Origin: Octopus vulgaris
Taxonomy: Eukaryota
Direction: 5' to 3'
DNA: 64,000 nt
NCBI GenBank assembly: GCA_951406725.2
Contig: OX597819.1
Location: 56,606,001-56,670,000 of the forward strand
Below are positions 1 to 14,551 of the stretch, in pieces (positions within the stretch are counted from its first letter, which is position 1; each line of letters begins with the position of its first letter). Position numbers and translations under genes: made by a program. The notes below the pieces were generated by a model that was given only the letters and a program-made list of their open reading frames with translations, ran no database searches and was not told the DNA's origin.

Positions 1-1786
1 GATGCACACAAGAAAACAAAGGTGAACGTGACATGCTTCTAGGCAATGGAAAAGCGTGAATTGGTAAGATGTGCATATAAGCGAAGGCATGAAGAATGTT
101 TCCTTTCAATTGTCTTTGTGTCTGAGGTTGATAAACGTGCTTGCATGTTGTCATTAATGCTAAGAGAATGGTAGAAAATATGACGTAAGTTGAATCATCT
201 CATTCAGGGAATAAAAGTATGTTGGTTCTGTTTTATTTTTTCAAACTGACATGTAAATAACTGAAGACAATATCGTTATTTTTAATATGCATGGAATAAT
301 CTTAACATCTCTGTAGGTATAACTGAATTCACGCGTAGAAAATAAACTATATTGCCTTGTGTTATTTATTTGTCTGTAACAATTTTAAAGAGCATTTTTC
401 CTAAGCTTCTTTTCGATGTATAAAATAAACGTTCCTACCCCATATTAATGGTGAGCAAAAAGGCAACTATATGCAGGACGATGGTCAAGATATGTGCAAC
501 TGATATTTATATCTTACAGATTTCCACGGCCCTTAACAAACAAGAATATCGACGAGCAAAAACTGTACAACATTCAATATTTTAAAGATCTTTATACTTC
601 CATTCGATGCACGAATTTACTAAATTTCATGATGTTTTTTTTATGTTAAACATATTGATTCATATTCGTCCTATAGTTAGGATGATCGCAAGCATAATAC
701 TTGAACTTGTTTCGTTACCTTAAGGGTTTCTGTTATATCCCCGATTTTGTTCTATAGTTAAGTTTCTTAAAAGAGTAAAGAAACCTATTGCAGTCTAACA
801 ATGGCACGAAGCCACCCGGTTTTATTTCATTAGGCACCACCGTACTGTAACTAAGGAATGATCGATAAAGCTTCATATCTTGGAAAATGAGAGATAGAGA
901 CGTTTGCATGGTCTAGGCTATTCAACTAGTATTTCGTTCTACTGTCCTGGAAACAAAATAGATGACGTCAATGCTGCGTAATTTGAACTCAGAATTACGT
1001 AGCACTTTGCCCGTCACTCTAAAAGGATAAACTTTAGATGAAAATAAAATTGAAATCAATATCTTAAATACTACAGAATAGCATAAAGATTGTAGAACAA
1101 ATTATACTTGCAAAAAAAAAAACAAAAAACAAAAAAAGAGAGAACATCTATACTATAATGGAGAAAGCTGCTTATGAATTAGGTAAATTTTTTTTATGAA
1201 TTCATGTTCTAAGAAATTTCTTATAATTTCGATTTCGCAAGTTTATTGAATTTTTTTAAAACTCCAATTTCTCGCAAAATTAAATATTCATTGCATTGAC
1301 TGCATCCAATTCTTCACAGATTTAAATATTCATTGCATTTACTGCGGAGTATTCCATTATTTCCATTTACAAAGCCTCTCACTTTCTGTTTAAAGTTTTA
1401 ATTCGCTATTTGGAAAAAACCGATAGTTTATTCTATTAATGTATACGTAATGTAAAAACATTATTTATTGAATAAAATATTTTAAAAATACCCGTATAAT
1501 ATTTGAACGCGGGATAGCTGTGAGAAGAGCGTAGAAAGTTGGGTAATTACAGTTAGAAGACGAGGAAAAGAAAAACGTAGCCGAGAAGTACTCCAACTTC
1601 CACCATATTCACAGTTCCCAAACAATGTATACCACTAAGCTAATATATACATAAACAAGTTGCATGGGCGACTTCAACAGTGACTCACAGACGCACAAAC
1701 ACACACACACAAATACACACTCGCGCACACACATATATACACATACACACAAATGAATGTGTATGTGTGCATGCGTGTGTGTTTGT

Positions 1787-1824
<38 letters not shown>

Positions 1825-1940
1825 ACTGTCAAAACTTCGTTCTACATCACTTTTGTGAAGTCTTGTCGGGGAACAGGTCGCGGTTTCAAAGCGACGAAAA
1901 TATTTTGATACAAAAGAAATTTTAATGTTGAAGTGACACT

Positions 1941-2218
1941 GGCAATACTTAAACACAGAGGTCCTTTAACGGTATTTCTTAAATACAGAGGTACCAGTTA
2001 AATACAGGTGTTACGTACGAAGTATTTTAAATGTACGCTGTGTGGACGTGTAATGACACCCTAGCATTAACCCTAACCCTAACTAAATCTAAAACTAACC
2101 CTAATCCTAAAAACTAACCCTAAAACTAACCCTAAAACCTAACACTCCCCTTCATATCGTTAAGTAGATGCATCAGGGCCTCTGTATTTAAGCGAGTCCT
2201 CTGTATTTAAGTGATGCC
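1941..2218. mobile_element. MITE-like element with repeated subterminal motif and internal telomere-like (CCCTAA) tract
   Basis: Left end GGCAATACTTAAACACAGAGG is an imperfect inverted match to right end CCTCTGTATTTAAGTGATGCC. The TTAAATACAG(A)GG motif occurs about 3x on the left and 2x inverted on the right. A degenerate CCCTAA/ACTAA array lies at ~2068-2143. Confidence 0.6.
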
Positions 2219-3726
2219 GTGAAAATATCTGTTTTGGTGTCCTTAATTCCAACTGATTTTGTTTCAGCACCCGACCTTAGATCAAGTCACATGCTATGCA
2301 AGTAAATCTCCGTAATTTTTTAAAGTCACTGTGGATAAATGTCAGCAATGAACTTCTCAGGCTTTCCAATATTTTAATTTCTAAACGGAAACAATCGGGG
2401 GCAGGGACTCGGGTTGCAAAAAATTCACATTTCTCGAATTTTCGTTTTCGTAGTATATTAATGTATTTATGGGGAAAACAATATTGAAAAACATCAATAC
2501 AGGAGAGAGTGACAAAGAAACGAGGAAGGTTGTATGTGGGTGTGCTAGAAACAACAGCCAAATCGCCCTTAAATTACTCACTTTTCTCTTTGAAAATATA
2601 TACATTTTTTTTTCTTGCTTTTCTTTTTACCTAAAATGCTCTTCCTATGGTTTAGAAGTGCAAAAAAAAAAAAAATTAGCAAAAATAGGTCCGGAGTGGG
2701 ATGATAAGGGAGGGGGTATTAAAAAAGAGTTTTCAAAACTTTTTCATAAACATATGCTCCCTCCCCCCAATCCCATAATTTCGAAGGCTGTGGCTTAAAA
2801 AAAAATGGCGAAATCCTCGAAACAGTTTCCCTACAAATTTCTTTATAATCGTAATCTATGCCGTTTGAAAGGGATGTGTATAAGTTTTCATTAAAAGAGA
2901 TCCAGCTACCTGAAAGTTATGAGGGAAAAAGTCAGACCGTGTGAATTTTGCGAAACTCCTCTCTTCACCCCCTCGGAAAAATTTTTTCCCATAAATCCCT
3001 ATATACTCTGAAGCCACAACATACAAGCAGTATTTGTAGAAAATTTTGTTAAAAGTATCCCATTTTCTTGATGTTATTAGGCTACAAACTCTGTAGTGAT
3101 GCCCTTATATTTATACGAGTTTTTCATTTCATGTTTATTTCATTCATTGTTTGCAATGTTCTCTCCGTCACTCTCTCACTCTCTCTCTCTCTCACACACA
3201 CACACATACACACACACACAAACACACACACACACGCACACACCCCAAAGCCTACAGCAGATAGGCTGCTGAACTGAAATCTCTATGTTGCTTTGAGGGG
3301 AAGGTAAAACTTGAAAAACTGCTTTTCCACTCTGTTGTTGATCTACCTTGATGTTTGTCTAAAGAACAGAAATTATGACTGTGATAAAATAATGAAAGCA
3401 ATATTTACTTAGCAAGTGAGCACTATTATGCAAAGAAATAATTAGAGGTAAAATGTAAAAATTATTAGAATTAGGAATCAAATGTGAAAATATTATGGAG
3501 CTAGCAGAAAACCGCCCGGAGAAGGGTCTTTCTGTTATGTGTTATTAATGTCTGTGGGTAAGTGTAATGGCGTCATAGAAGCTAAAAATGAATAGCATTT
3601 GAGGTGGGATTAGGGTGTCAAAGTGTTGCTGCCCATTCAAGTAGTTCCAATTACCGAACATGTATTTCCAGTACACAATAGAGCGGAAGTCAACAATCTG
3701 TAATGGATCTTTCATTGGGTTAACAG

Positions 3727-3932
3727 ACACACACACTCACACGCACACATACATACACATACATACACACACATACACACATACACACATACACACACAT
3801 ACACACATACACATACCCACATACACACACATACATACACACACACACACACATACACACAAACACACACATACACACATACACACACCCACATACACAC
3901 ACATACATACACACATACACACACACTGATAC

Positions 3933-3963
<31 letters not shown>

Positions 3964-4150
3964 TACACACACCCACATACACACACACACATACACACAT
4001 ATACACACATACACATACACACATATATACACATACATACACACATACACACATACACACACATACACACACATACACACACCCACATACACTCACATAT
4101 ACACACATACACACACATATACACACATACACACACATACACACACACAC
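3727..4150. repeat. (CA)n/(CATA)n compound microsatellite
   Basis: Seen directly; one of many such tracts in the window. Confidence 0.95.
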
Positions 4151-4512
4151 GTACACAGTCTTATCTTCCACCTGTTTTAGTTATTCTAGTGCGGCCAACC
4201 TGGGGTACTGTCCTGAATTGTTTTGTAAAGCAAATTGACCTCACTACTTATATTGCCAGTCTAGTATTTCTAGAACATAGTTCTAGAACCTCAAAGCAAC
4301 GGGGTAAACAAACACAAACATCAAGTAATGGTGGTAAACAGACACGACACAAAATCAAATACATATGTACATAGATGCACACGCCCACACACAAACACAC
4401 ACACATAAATATATATGTATATATGCATATATATGTATATATGTATATATATGTACATACATATACATGTATATATATGTATATACATATATATGTATGT
4501 ATGTATATATAT

Positions 4513-4853
4513 AAGGTAAAGACCCCCTTCGGTCATGAATGACCATCGGATTGCACCTAGAAAGTTACCCTCCTAGACACAAGTCCGGGCAAGGTTGTTT
4601 ATGGAAGACCAGCAGTCGCCCATGCATACCAGCCTCCCCTCTCCACGCCACCAGTGTTATCCAAGGGAAAGACAAAGGTCGATACAGCTTGGCACCTGTG
4701 ACGTCGCAACTCATTTCTACAGCTGAGTGAACTGGAGCAACGTGAAATAAAGTGCCTTGCTCGAGAACACAACACGCAGCCCGGTCCGGGATTCGAGCTC
4801 ACAACCTCACGATCGTAAGCTCGACGCTCTAACCACTGAGCCATGCGCCTTCA
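4513..4853 (-). mobile_element. tRNA-derived SINE, family D head with alternative tail
   Basis: Minus-strand head GTGAAGGCGCATGGCTCAGTGGTTAGAGCG... has A-box-like sequence. The body TTTCACGTTGCTCCAGTTCACTCAGCTG is shared with 56990-57483. Confidence 0.8.
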
Positions 4854-4854
4854 C

Positions 4855-4949
<95 letters not shown>

Positions 4950-5149
4950 TATGTGTGTATGTATGTTTTGTTTTCCATTTACGTCTTCCGTTGTTCGAAA
5001 GAAGAGTTCATGTTCCATGAACTCGTACTTCGTACTTTTTTTGTTGTACACGTATCATGACTCCTGTACCCGCATAAGCATATATATATACGTATAGATG
5101 TATCTACATATACGTATGTATATATGCAAATATATATATGTATCATTTG

Positions 5150-5190
<41 letters not shown>

Positions 5191-5213
5191 CATATATACA
5201 TACGTATATGTAG

Positions 5214-5261
<48 letters not shown>

Positions 5262-6016
5262 TCATATACATACATACATACCTACATACCTACATACATA
5301 CACACATACACAAACACAGACACACGCATATAGGTATATCACTCTTTTGCCCCACATGGGGTCATCTCATTGCCTCTCTTCATCTAACACCCAACTCACC
5401 TCCTCTTCTCATTTGATACCAGCTCCACACACACTAGCACTGACCACTTCCCAGCACCCACACCACACACCATCATCCCTCACACCTCCACACAATCTTC
5501 AATCGTGTCACCGCACATACTATTATACAACCAGCCACACACACACTGTTTAACTCAGTACACACACTACGCACCATAAATGCACACTCTCACACTCACA
5601 TAAGCACATAATACCTGAACACCGGATATATATACATACACACGCAACACGCATTAACACACGTAACATACATAGACAAAGCTAAATTTCGCCCACATAT
5701 ATACACCAAACACAGACACTCACACACATGTTTGACACAACACGTGAAAAAGCACATATCAAATGCTACACACACCACACACACACACATGCAGAATCAC
5801 TCATCCCTATTAGCACACAAATACAGACACACCATTCTCACATACACAGAGACGCACGCGCACCTTCTCTTGTTAAGATCACTAGCACATTATTATCTCC
5901 CTGTTATTCAACCTATTTTTATATTATTGTCTCCCTTTCTTTCAACCTCTTCTTACCCAATCATTCACCATGCTGGACCGCTGAATTCCACAATTTTTTT
6001 TCACCCTCTCTCTCTG

Positions 6017-6047
<31 letters not shown>

Positions 6048-6258
6048 GTCTCTGTATTTCCTTTATTCCTTTCTCTTGACTCGAAACGCGAGAGACTTTT
6101 TTCTTTTCGTTTTGTTTTTCTATAAATTTCAGCTATACATGTATATATATATATATATATAGATATATATCTATATCTATATCTATATCTATATCTATTG
6201 ATTTGATTTTGATTTGATTTTTAGTTTCAGCTAATGAGTGTATATGCTGGGCACCGCC

Positions 6259-6315
<57 letters not shown>

Positions 6316-6357
6316 GGGAGACAATAATATAAAAATAGGTTGAATAACAGGGAGATA

Positions 6358-6800
<443 letters not shown>

Positions 6801-6912
6801 GGGAAGGGAATGGGTGAAGAAAAACTTCTTTCAAAGACAGGATAGAGCAAGAGGAGGTATGTGAGTGTAAGTTTGGATATATATATGTATATATAGATAT
6901 ATATCTTTCTCT

Positions 6913-7320
6913 CTTTTCTCTCTTTTATTTGTTTCAGTCATTTGACTGCGGCCATGCTGGAGCACCGCCTTTAGTCGAGCAAATCGACCCCGGAACTTAT
7001 TCTTTGTAAGCCCAGTACTTATTCTATCGGGCTCTTTTGCCGAACCGCTATGTGACGGGAACGTAAACACACCAGCATCGGTTGTCAGGCAATGCTAGGG
7101 GGACAAACACAGACACACAAACACACACACACATACATATATATATATACATATATACGACAGGCTTCTTTCAGTTTCCGTCTACCAAATCCACTCACAA
7201 GGCATTGGTCGGCCCGGGGCTATAGCAGAAGACACTTGCCCAAGATGCCACGCAGTGGGGCTGAACCCGGAACCATGTGGTTGGTTAGGAAGCTACTTAC
7301 CACACAGCCACTCCTGCGCC
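6913..7320 (-). mobile_element. tRNA-derived CORE-like SINE, family A (full length)
   Basis: tRNA-like head, CORE-like TGGCATCTTGGGCAAGTGTCTT, central (TA)/(TG) tract, and tail GGCGGTGCTCCAGCATGGCCGCAGTCAAATGACTGAAACAA. Multiple near-identical copies occur in the window. Confidence 0.9.
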
Positions 7321-8119
7321 TATCTCCCTGTTATTCAACCTATTTTTATATTATTGTCTCCCTATGTATATATATATAGTTATGTATATATACATATATA
7401 TGTGTGTGTATGTATATATGTACGTATGTATATGTGTAGCAGTGGCCACCAGGCGCACTGAATGAATTTTTGCCTTTTAATTCATCAACCGTGTATAAAT
7501 ACATTACACATGATGCATGAGTGCGTTTCTCTTAATTAAATACTACGGTATTTTAAACATGTTTTACTAAACATTAATACGGCTGCTTAAATTTTTCATC
7601 CGTAGATTCTCAAACTATCAATCAATCCCTCATTAGTTAAATACAGTTAAAGATCATCGAGTATTTACTAATTCGCCAATCCTTTCAAATTATTTTATTA
7701 CACAGTATACTCGCGTATCGGGCAAGTTTCTGTTCAGCACGATCCTCAACACACACGCGCACGCGTGCATATGCAGACACACGCAGACACATGCGCACAC
7801 ACACACACTTACGCGCATGCACACATCAAGTCAGGCCCACAAACGCACGTGCTCAAAAATTATACAGACACAAACACAGAACATTATTTTTAATAGGATT
7901 TCTTATCGCCTGTAATATCATTATTGTCACGCACTCCCATTTGTATGATATCCTATTGAATATACAAATAGGTTCTCAATTGTAGACTGGATTTGGGTAT
8001 CACATGCTATTCCAAATATTAACTAATATGATATACATGTTATCTCAAATATGAAATAATAGGATATATGCGTGTGCGTGAGTGTGTATATATATTTATA
8101 TATACACATACATATATAA

Positions 8120-8181
<62 letters not shown>

Positions 8182-8185
<4 letters not shown>

Positions 8186-8540
8186 AAATTTAGAGTCAGA
8201 TGAATATGGTACTTAAGTTAAAGGCACCAGAATTTAGTATGGTATTATCCATATAATTCAAAATGTAGCGATTATAATCAAAATTAGCAACAATGATATC
8301 CAGAGGTAATGCAGTACGATTGTTTCATGCGACTCCATTTAATTGAACAATGCAAACATTACATTAATTTAAAATGTAGACCAATCTTCAGCTGCATAAA
8401 AATATACAATTTAGTAAAATTCAAAGGATCCATCTGTATAATTTTTCATTTTATCCAAAATCGCAAAGAGGATAAGTAGATATACAAAGAACATGTTTTA
8501 TCAACACGTCACAGTTATCAATTTATTATCTATATATACA
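8182..8540 (-). mobile_element. Penelope-like pLTR insert next to (TA)n
   Basis: Abuts a (TA)n tract and contains the hammerhead motif at 8309-8397. Confidence 0.55.
8309..8397 (-). ncRNA. Type I hammerhead ribozyme-like motif, long stem II
   Basis: Minus strand ATGCAG-CTGAAGA-(58-nt stem II region)-GAAAC-AATC-GTA-CTGCAT. It has a 6-bp stem I, both core boxes and a GUA triplet. Confidence 0.65.
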
Positions 8541-8559
8541 TTGCTTATATACTTCATTC

Positions 8560-9055
8560 GCGTCGCCCATTATCAAATATGAGCGAGATTTTCTCGTGAA
8601 AATTTTTTCTGTGTACAATTTGTCCAACAACATTCTGGTTGCCAGACTTCTCTTGATTTGTTCTTTTCTCTATTGGAGGATGTTTCTCACAACTGATAGC
8701 TGAGCCGAGGATTGGAGACGTCGCTGAGAAGAGACACAAAAAGCGGGGACGTTAATGATACTTTTCTCTGAAAACGCACAGCTTATTTTTTGGGTATGAT
8801 GGAAATCGTCAGCTGTAAACAGCCAGCAGACTAAGGTAACAGTTGTTTACTAGTCATGCTTCAAGAACCCTGTGAGGAATTCTTGAAGTTCCAAGCAATG
8901 CTGATTTTTAGGTGTTCTGCCGTCACACTTGAGCCGATTTTTTCCAGCCATGTTGGTAGTCGAGTGCTGATACTTCCAATAACTATTGATATCACAACCA
9001 CACCCCTCATTGGCCACAATCTTCGTATTTATCACTTCAAATCATCATAGTTGTT
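8560..9055 (-). mobile_element. R4/Dong-like non-LTR retrotransposon 3' end (decayed REL-endonuclease tail)
   Basis: Minus-strand translation of ~9050-8854 with stops and a frameshift: YDDLK**IRRLWPMRGVVVISIVIGSISTRLPTWLEKIG...SALLGTSRIPHRVLEA*. This resembles the KY.DL...LW...V.PVVIG...LLGTARILR.VL end of R2/R4-type ORFs. Confidence 0.65.
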
Positions 9056-9095
9056 TTTCTTCCCCGGTATCGGGGAGACGATTATTATTATTATT

Positions 9096-9620
9096 AATTT
9101 TGATTGGGAGAGCATTGCATGCCATAAGAGAGACACCGGGGTAAAATATACGAAGCCCTGTATACCAATCATGACTACCCGTCTGATAAGGGTACATCAG
9201 ACACATGAATCATATCCATATGTGCGTGACATAGGGATCTCATATCAGCGCATGGCCTTGCATTTGGGGCCCAGTTAGAATTTTCTTCTGGTCGAGTAGC
9301 CCATCCCACTCAAGAGGTCCCTGAATAAGGGCTGTTCAAATATATTGATCAGAACACTTATGTTTCCAAAGGTTAGTTATCCAAACCCCAAATAATTCTT
9401 CTCAACACATGGCTATGATCAGAGATGTACATATCGTCAGCCACTAGAGGACATGCTCAACGAATTAAGGTCAAACAACTGACAAGCAAATCTGTGGTAT
9501 TGAGCAGAATATTTGCTGTAGCCCATATTTTATACCAAGACAAATCAATGTACATAGTAGCACTTCCAATCAATTAAGATCAGAAGCCTCGACAGCCACC
9601 ACCTAGTATATCATCGTATT
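9096..9620 (-). mobile_element. Retroposon relic embedded in (ATT)n, probably a Dong/R4-type 3' UTR
   Basis: Homologous to 10495-11026 and to fragment 9683-9790. Flanked by (TAT)n on both sides. Confidence 0.6.
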
Positions 9621-9799
9621 GCTATTAATATTATTATTATTATTGTGGTTGTTATTGTTGTTGTTGTTGTTGTTATTATTATTGAATGAAAGAGCAGTGC
9701 ATGCAGTCAAAGTGGCACTTGGTTAAAATATACGAAGCCTAGTTTAGCCTATCTGATAAGAGCACTCCAGGCGCATGCATCACAACAATCAATCTGAAT

Positions 9800-10134
9800 T
9801 TTACTTCATCTTCTGACGGGGTCTCATCCAGAGACTTGAAACACGTATATATTAGATGGGGACAAATTTCCTGACAACTTGGGCGGTTGATGTCAACAAA
9901 ATTTTATGAGTTTCATAGATTGTTGGTTTCCCAGGGATGTCGTCAAAAATGCTGTTACTAACTTTGTTGATAGGCGCAGGAGTGGCTGTGTGGTAAGTAG
10001 CTTGCTAACAAACCACATGGTTCCGGGTTCAGTCCCACTGCGTGGCATCTTGGGCAAGTGTCTTCTGCTATAGCACTGGCCCGACCAATGACTTGTGAGT
10101 GGATTTGGTAGACGGAAACTGAAAGAAGCCTGTC

Positions 10135-10186
<52 letters not shown>

Positions 10187-10472
10187 TTTTGTGTCTGTGT
10201 TTGTCCCCCTAGCATTGCTTGACAACCGATGCTGGTGTGTTTACGCCCCCGTCACCTAGCGGTTCGGCAAAAGAGACCGATAGAATAAGTACTAGGCTTA
10301 CAAAGAATAAGTCCCGGGGTCGATTTGCTCGATTATCAAGGCGGTGCTTCAGCATGGCCGCAGTCAAATGACTGAAACAAGTAAAAGAGTAAAGAGAGAG
10401 ATGATTCTCAGGGCACCTGCAACATCAGGGATATTTTTCGTTTCTAATTGCCACGTTAGATAGCTGAATCTT
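9800..10472 (-). mobile_element. Second R4/Dong-like ORF 3' end, split by a SINE insertion
   Basis: Minus-strand 10470-10400 gives KDLKIQLS/TWQLETKNIPDVAGALRII. It continues past the SINE as INKVSNSIFDDIPGKPTIYETHKILLTSTAQVVRKFVPI* (9971-9852). Confidence 0.65.
9973..10395 (+). mobile_element. SINE family A (full length)
   Basis: Same head, CORE-like segment and tail as 6913-7320. Confidence 0.92.
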
Positions 10473-10494
10473 AAGGTCCTTATGTTATTATTAT

Positions 10495-11026
10495 GATTGA
10501 GTGAGAGAGCAGTGTATGTCATCAATGTAACACTGGAGTAAAACATACGAAGCTCAGTTTATCCATCATGACTATCTGTCTGATAAGGATACACCAGGCA
10601 CATGCATGGCAACCACATGGACGTGAAATGAACTCATATCAAGATAAACAGTGCAAGACTTTGCAGTTGGGGCCCAGTTAGACCAATACGCTCAAAAGGT
10701 CCCTGAATAAGGGTTGTTTAACGATGCTGAATGAAACATATATGATTTTAGAGGTGAATTATCCAAACTCCAAAGAATTTCTTTCAACACATGGCCATGA
10801 TGCTCCCCAGCTGCTTCTGCTCGTGATTAGAGATGCACATATCGTCAGCCACTAAGGGACAAGCTCAACTGGTTAAGGGTCAAACAGCTGACAAGCAAAT
10901 GTGTAGTATGGAGCAGAATATTTGCGGTTTCTCATCTTTTATACCAACACAAAACAATATACATAAAACTTCCAGTCAGTTAAGATGAGAAGCTATGAGA
11001 GATACTGTCTCGTACTGCATCAGGGT
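10495..11026 (-). mobile_element. Retroposon relic in (ATT)n, probably a Dong/R4-type 3' UTR
   Basis: Second long copy of the 9096-9620 repeat, bounded by TAT/TAA repeats. Confidence 0.6.
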
Positions 11027-11032
11027 ATTTAT

Positions 11033-11156
<124 letters not shown>

Positions 11157-11271
11157 GTTATTGCTGTAACTGTAATTGCAATTCTAGTGACTGTTAATAT
11201 TATTATTAATTATCAGAATTTAAAGTTAAAACAATGTTAATATTTTCTTGTTTTCTATATACTAATGGCTT

Positions 11272-11310
<39 letters not shown>

Positions 11311-11924
11311 ATAAATAAATAAATAAATGAAATTATATTAATAACAAGTAAAAAGCAATAATATAGTGTGATTGTTTTGTCCAGTTAACCATTAACAAAT
11401 AAATTCAACAGTGTTCCTAATTAAACTAATTGCACTGGGAATAGCCATTTGAAAGAAAGAAAGATTATAAAACGTAGTCACAGCTATTGAGAATTTTGCG
11501 TCTAACATTCTAATTATGACAATTAAAACAAAACACTGGAAAGTTACTCTTCGAAATCTCCATAAACATAATGGTAGGGACAACATTAACAAAATTTACT
11601 GTAAAAATGTTCAGGTGCAGTTCATTCATCATCAGGTAGCGAATGGAAGTTTCTAAGAAAAATACAGAAAGAAAACAAGCGTATAATAAGAGAAAACCTA
11701 TGAGAATAATTTAAATTACGCCTTAACAATGCTGTTCTTCGTTGTGGTAGCATAGCAGCATAAACACAATTTATTCACTCGTAAATGTTTCGTTACATAA
11801 TAAACCGCAGAGAATAATGTAATACAGTTGAAACTTATTCTTAGCATCAGGTTGCACTCGCATATTTTAATGGATTGACTACCTACCAAGTCTGAAATAA
11901 ATGTGTATGTGTGTGTGTATGTGC

Positions 11925-12012
<88 letters not shown>

Positions 12013-12038
12013 CTTTCTCTCTCTCTATATATATATCT

Positions 12039-12079
<41 letters not shown>

Positions 12080-12097
12080 TTCGTGTATGGGTATGCG

Positions 12098-12189
<92 letters not shown>

Positions 12190-14519
12190 GTGTGTGTGTA
12201 TGTGTGTGTATGTAATTGATGAGAAATCAATATTAATGGTTGAGAAAGGCTCTAAGAAATTTCATCTATTCTTAGAAGGAAAATACGTGGTTTTGACGTA
12301 TTTCTAAAAAATTCCCAGACATATTTGCCAAGTAGCTGAGGAGAAACTTTTTCAACTAAGCAGGAATTTCAACAGAGATAGAGAGAGAGAAAAAAAAAAA
12401 TTATTATTCCTAATATTGCTGGTGGTAATTATTATAAGGATGATAACGTTAAAACGTATTAATAAATTATTTAGTTTCCAGTCAATGCCTTGATATTTCT
12501 GTATTAACTTGAATTGTTTTGCTGCTGGGATAAAAAGAAGAATGATATAAAGCTAGTAGATGAATTTATATAACAGAACATCGCTTTAAAAATTAAATAA
12601 GCGGCATTAATACATTAACCTAATCCGAAATCTGACAGGCTCGGAAGCATTTCGGTAAATATGCTTAGCAGCATTTTCTTTGGCTCTTTATATTCTGAGT
12701 TCATTTGCTTTCGGAGTTGAGAAAATGACCGAACCAGCAAAGTATTGAGTTCCAAGTATTCGACATGAACCTCCATTAAAAAACTGCCGGCATTGAACCT
12801 TGATATAGACCGGCGTCCTGTTCCGGTCACGTATACACCGATCTCGGTCACTTTTACCCCGGTTAATCAGTTTTGTGAGTCCTACAAGTCAAGAAACCAA
12901 AGCCCCAAAACAACAAAAACACACCGAAACATGCATTAACCTTTCTACAAATAAACTGAATTTTGAAGTAGGAAACGTGTGAATAAGTGCAATAGTTGAA
13001 GTGTTCGGTAAAATGCTTCATAATATTCGCTGCGACTCACTGTGCTGTGTGTTGAAATCATGTTGAGGTCAAATTTGTCTTCCGCATTTTAGGAGTCAAT
13101 AAAAAGTCCCAAGGTGTGATGGATTGGAATAATGTTTAAAGCGACGATGCTGGTGTCAAGTTGTATTGACTCTTAAACGGCAGCTTTCTCATTGCTCAGA
13201 TTTTCACATAGAACTACAGGTATGTTGACAACCCTGATCGATAATATAACCCTGATCGATTTGCACGTAGTACTACAGGTATGTTGACAAACCTGATCTA
13301 GAATATAAGAAAGAAAAGATGAGCACAAAAGATTGATGAGACAAGATACAGAAAGGAGAAAATTAATTAATATATTTCGAATATGTTGTCCATCAATGGG
13401 CATTAGCAGTTCATTTTCATACGGCATGAACGCAGAAAACACCCATTTTTACATAGTTTTCTCTTGTATACTCATAATGATTGTATAGAAGAAAACATAG
13501 AAACAACTTGAGAAGAAGAAATCTTTCTCTTTTTTCAAGGAAAGTGACAAATTATGAGAAACTTTTAGAGAAGAGCAATGAATAATTAGCAGAAAATATA
13601 CGATTAAAGTGAAAGCAGTTGAAAGATGCGGAGAAATTGATGGCAGCAAACGCCTATCAATTCTCAGTTCTGTATCAGAATGGAAAAGGTGCCACGTGCC
13701 ATATATAACCATGCTGTTGCTTGGAAAATTCAGATTTAAAACCTCGAATATAAGAAAATTTTTATTACAATAAATAATCAAACATTTTAATAAATCTTTG
13801 GAAATCGTTGAAAAACAATCTAACAATGTATTTTTCATATTTACTACCTAGAGTGTGTGTCGTCCGGGGTAGTTCTTTAGTTTGTGCTTCTTTTGGGCAA
13901 TATAACCTATACAGGCTTATACAACAGTCACCACCATAACAGCATCGCTCTTGACGGACCCTTCCTTCACCCCTCTAAATGCGTTTCTCTTTCCGTATGT
14001 CCATTTATAAATATTACCATGTCTACCAGAAGGTGCAACAAAGCAAATGAGGAATCCTCTAAGCATCCACTTAATCCGATAAAAATAACAACTACATCTC
14101 ACTCAAATCACAACCTACAGTGATAAGGGGACATATAGGGTTTAAAGCTTTAGCAAAGCTAAATTCACGAACACTAGAAAGTTATTGATGATCTAATCCT
14201 GCAAAAACTAATTGACAAGTATTGTTCTGTAACAGTCAAAGTAAAGAGTCTAAAGTTATGGTTCCTGCCCTTTTTCTTAGAACGTGTTAATGGGATGGAA
14301 ATGGTGCCGTACATTGGCTGGAAACAAGTAAATGAAGAACAATAGCAGTTAAAAGGGTAATGGAGAAGGTGATGTATTGCTCAAAAGAGGACGATGGAAT
14401 GAGTAGCATAAGCGAGAGAGAAGAACGTAGCGGTAGAGAACGTCCTGATGGAAGATACAAAGAGCCGAATGCTTCAGATTGTATCAAACAGAAACGAGGT
14501 GAAGAGTTCAAGTAAAGCG

Positions 14520-14551
<32 letters not shown>

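Noticed and set aside
2068-2143. True telomere or chromosome-fusion site
   Set aside because: The tract is short, degenerate and enclosed within an inverted-repeat element.
13213-13298. 27-bp direct repeat ACTACAGGTATGTTGACAA.CCTGATC
   Set aside because: A simple local slippage-type duplication with only two units.
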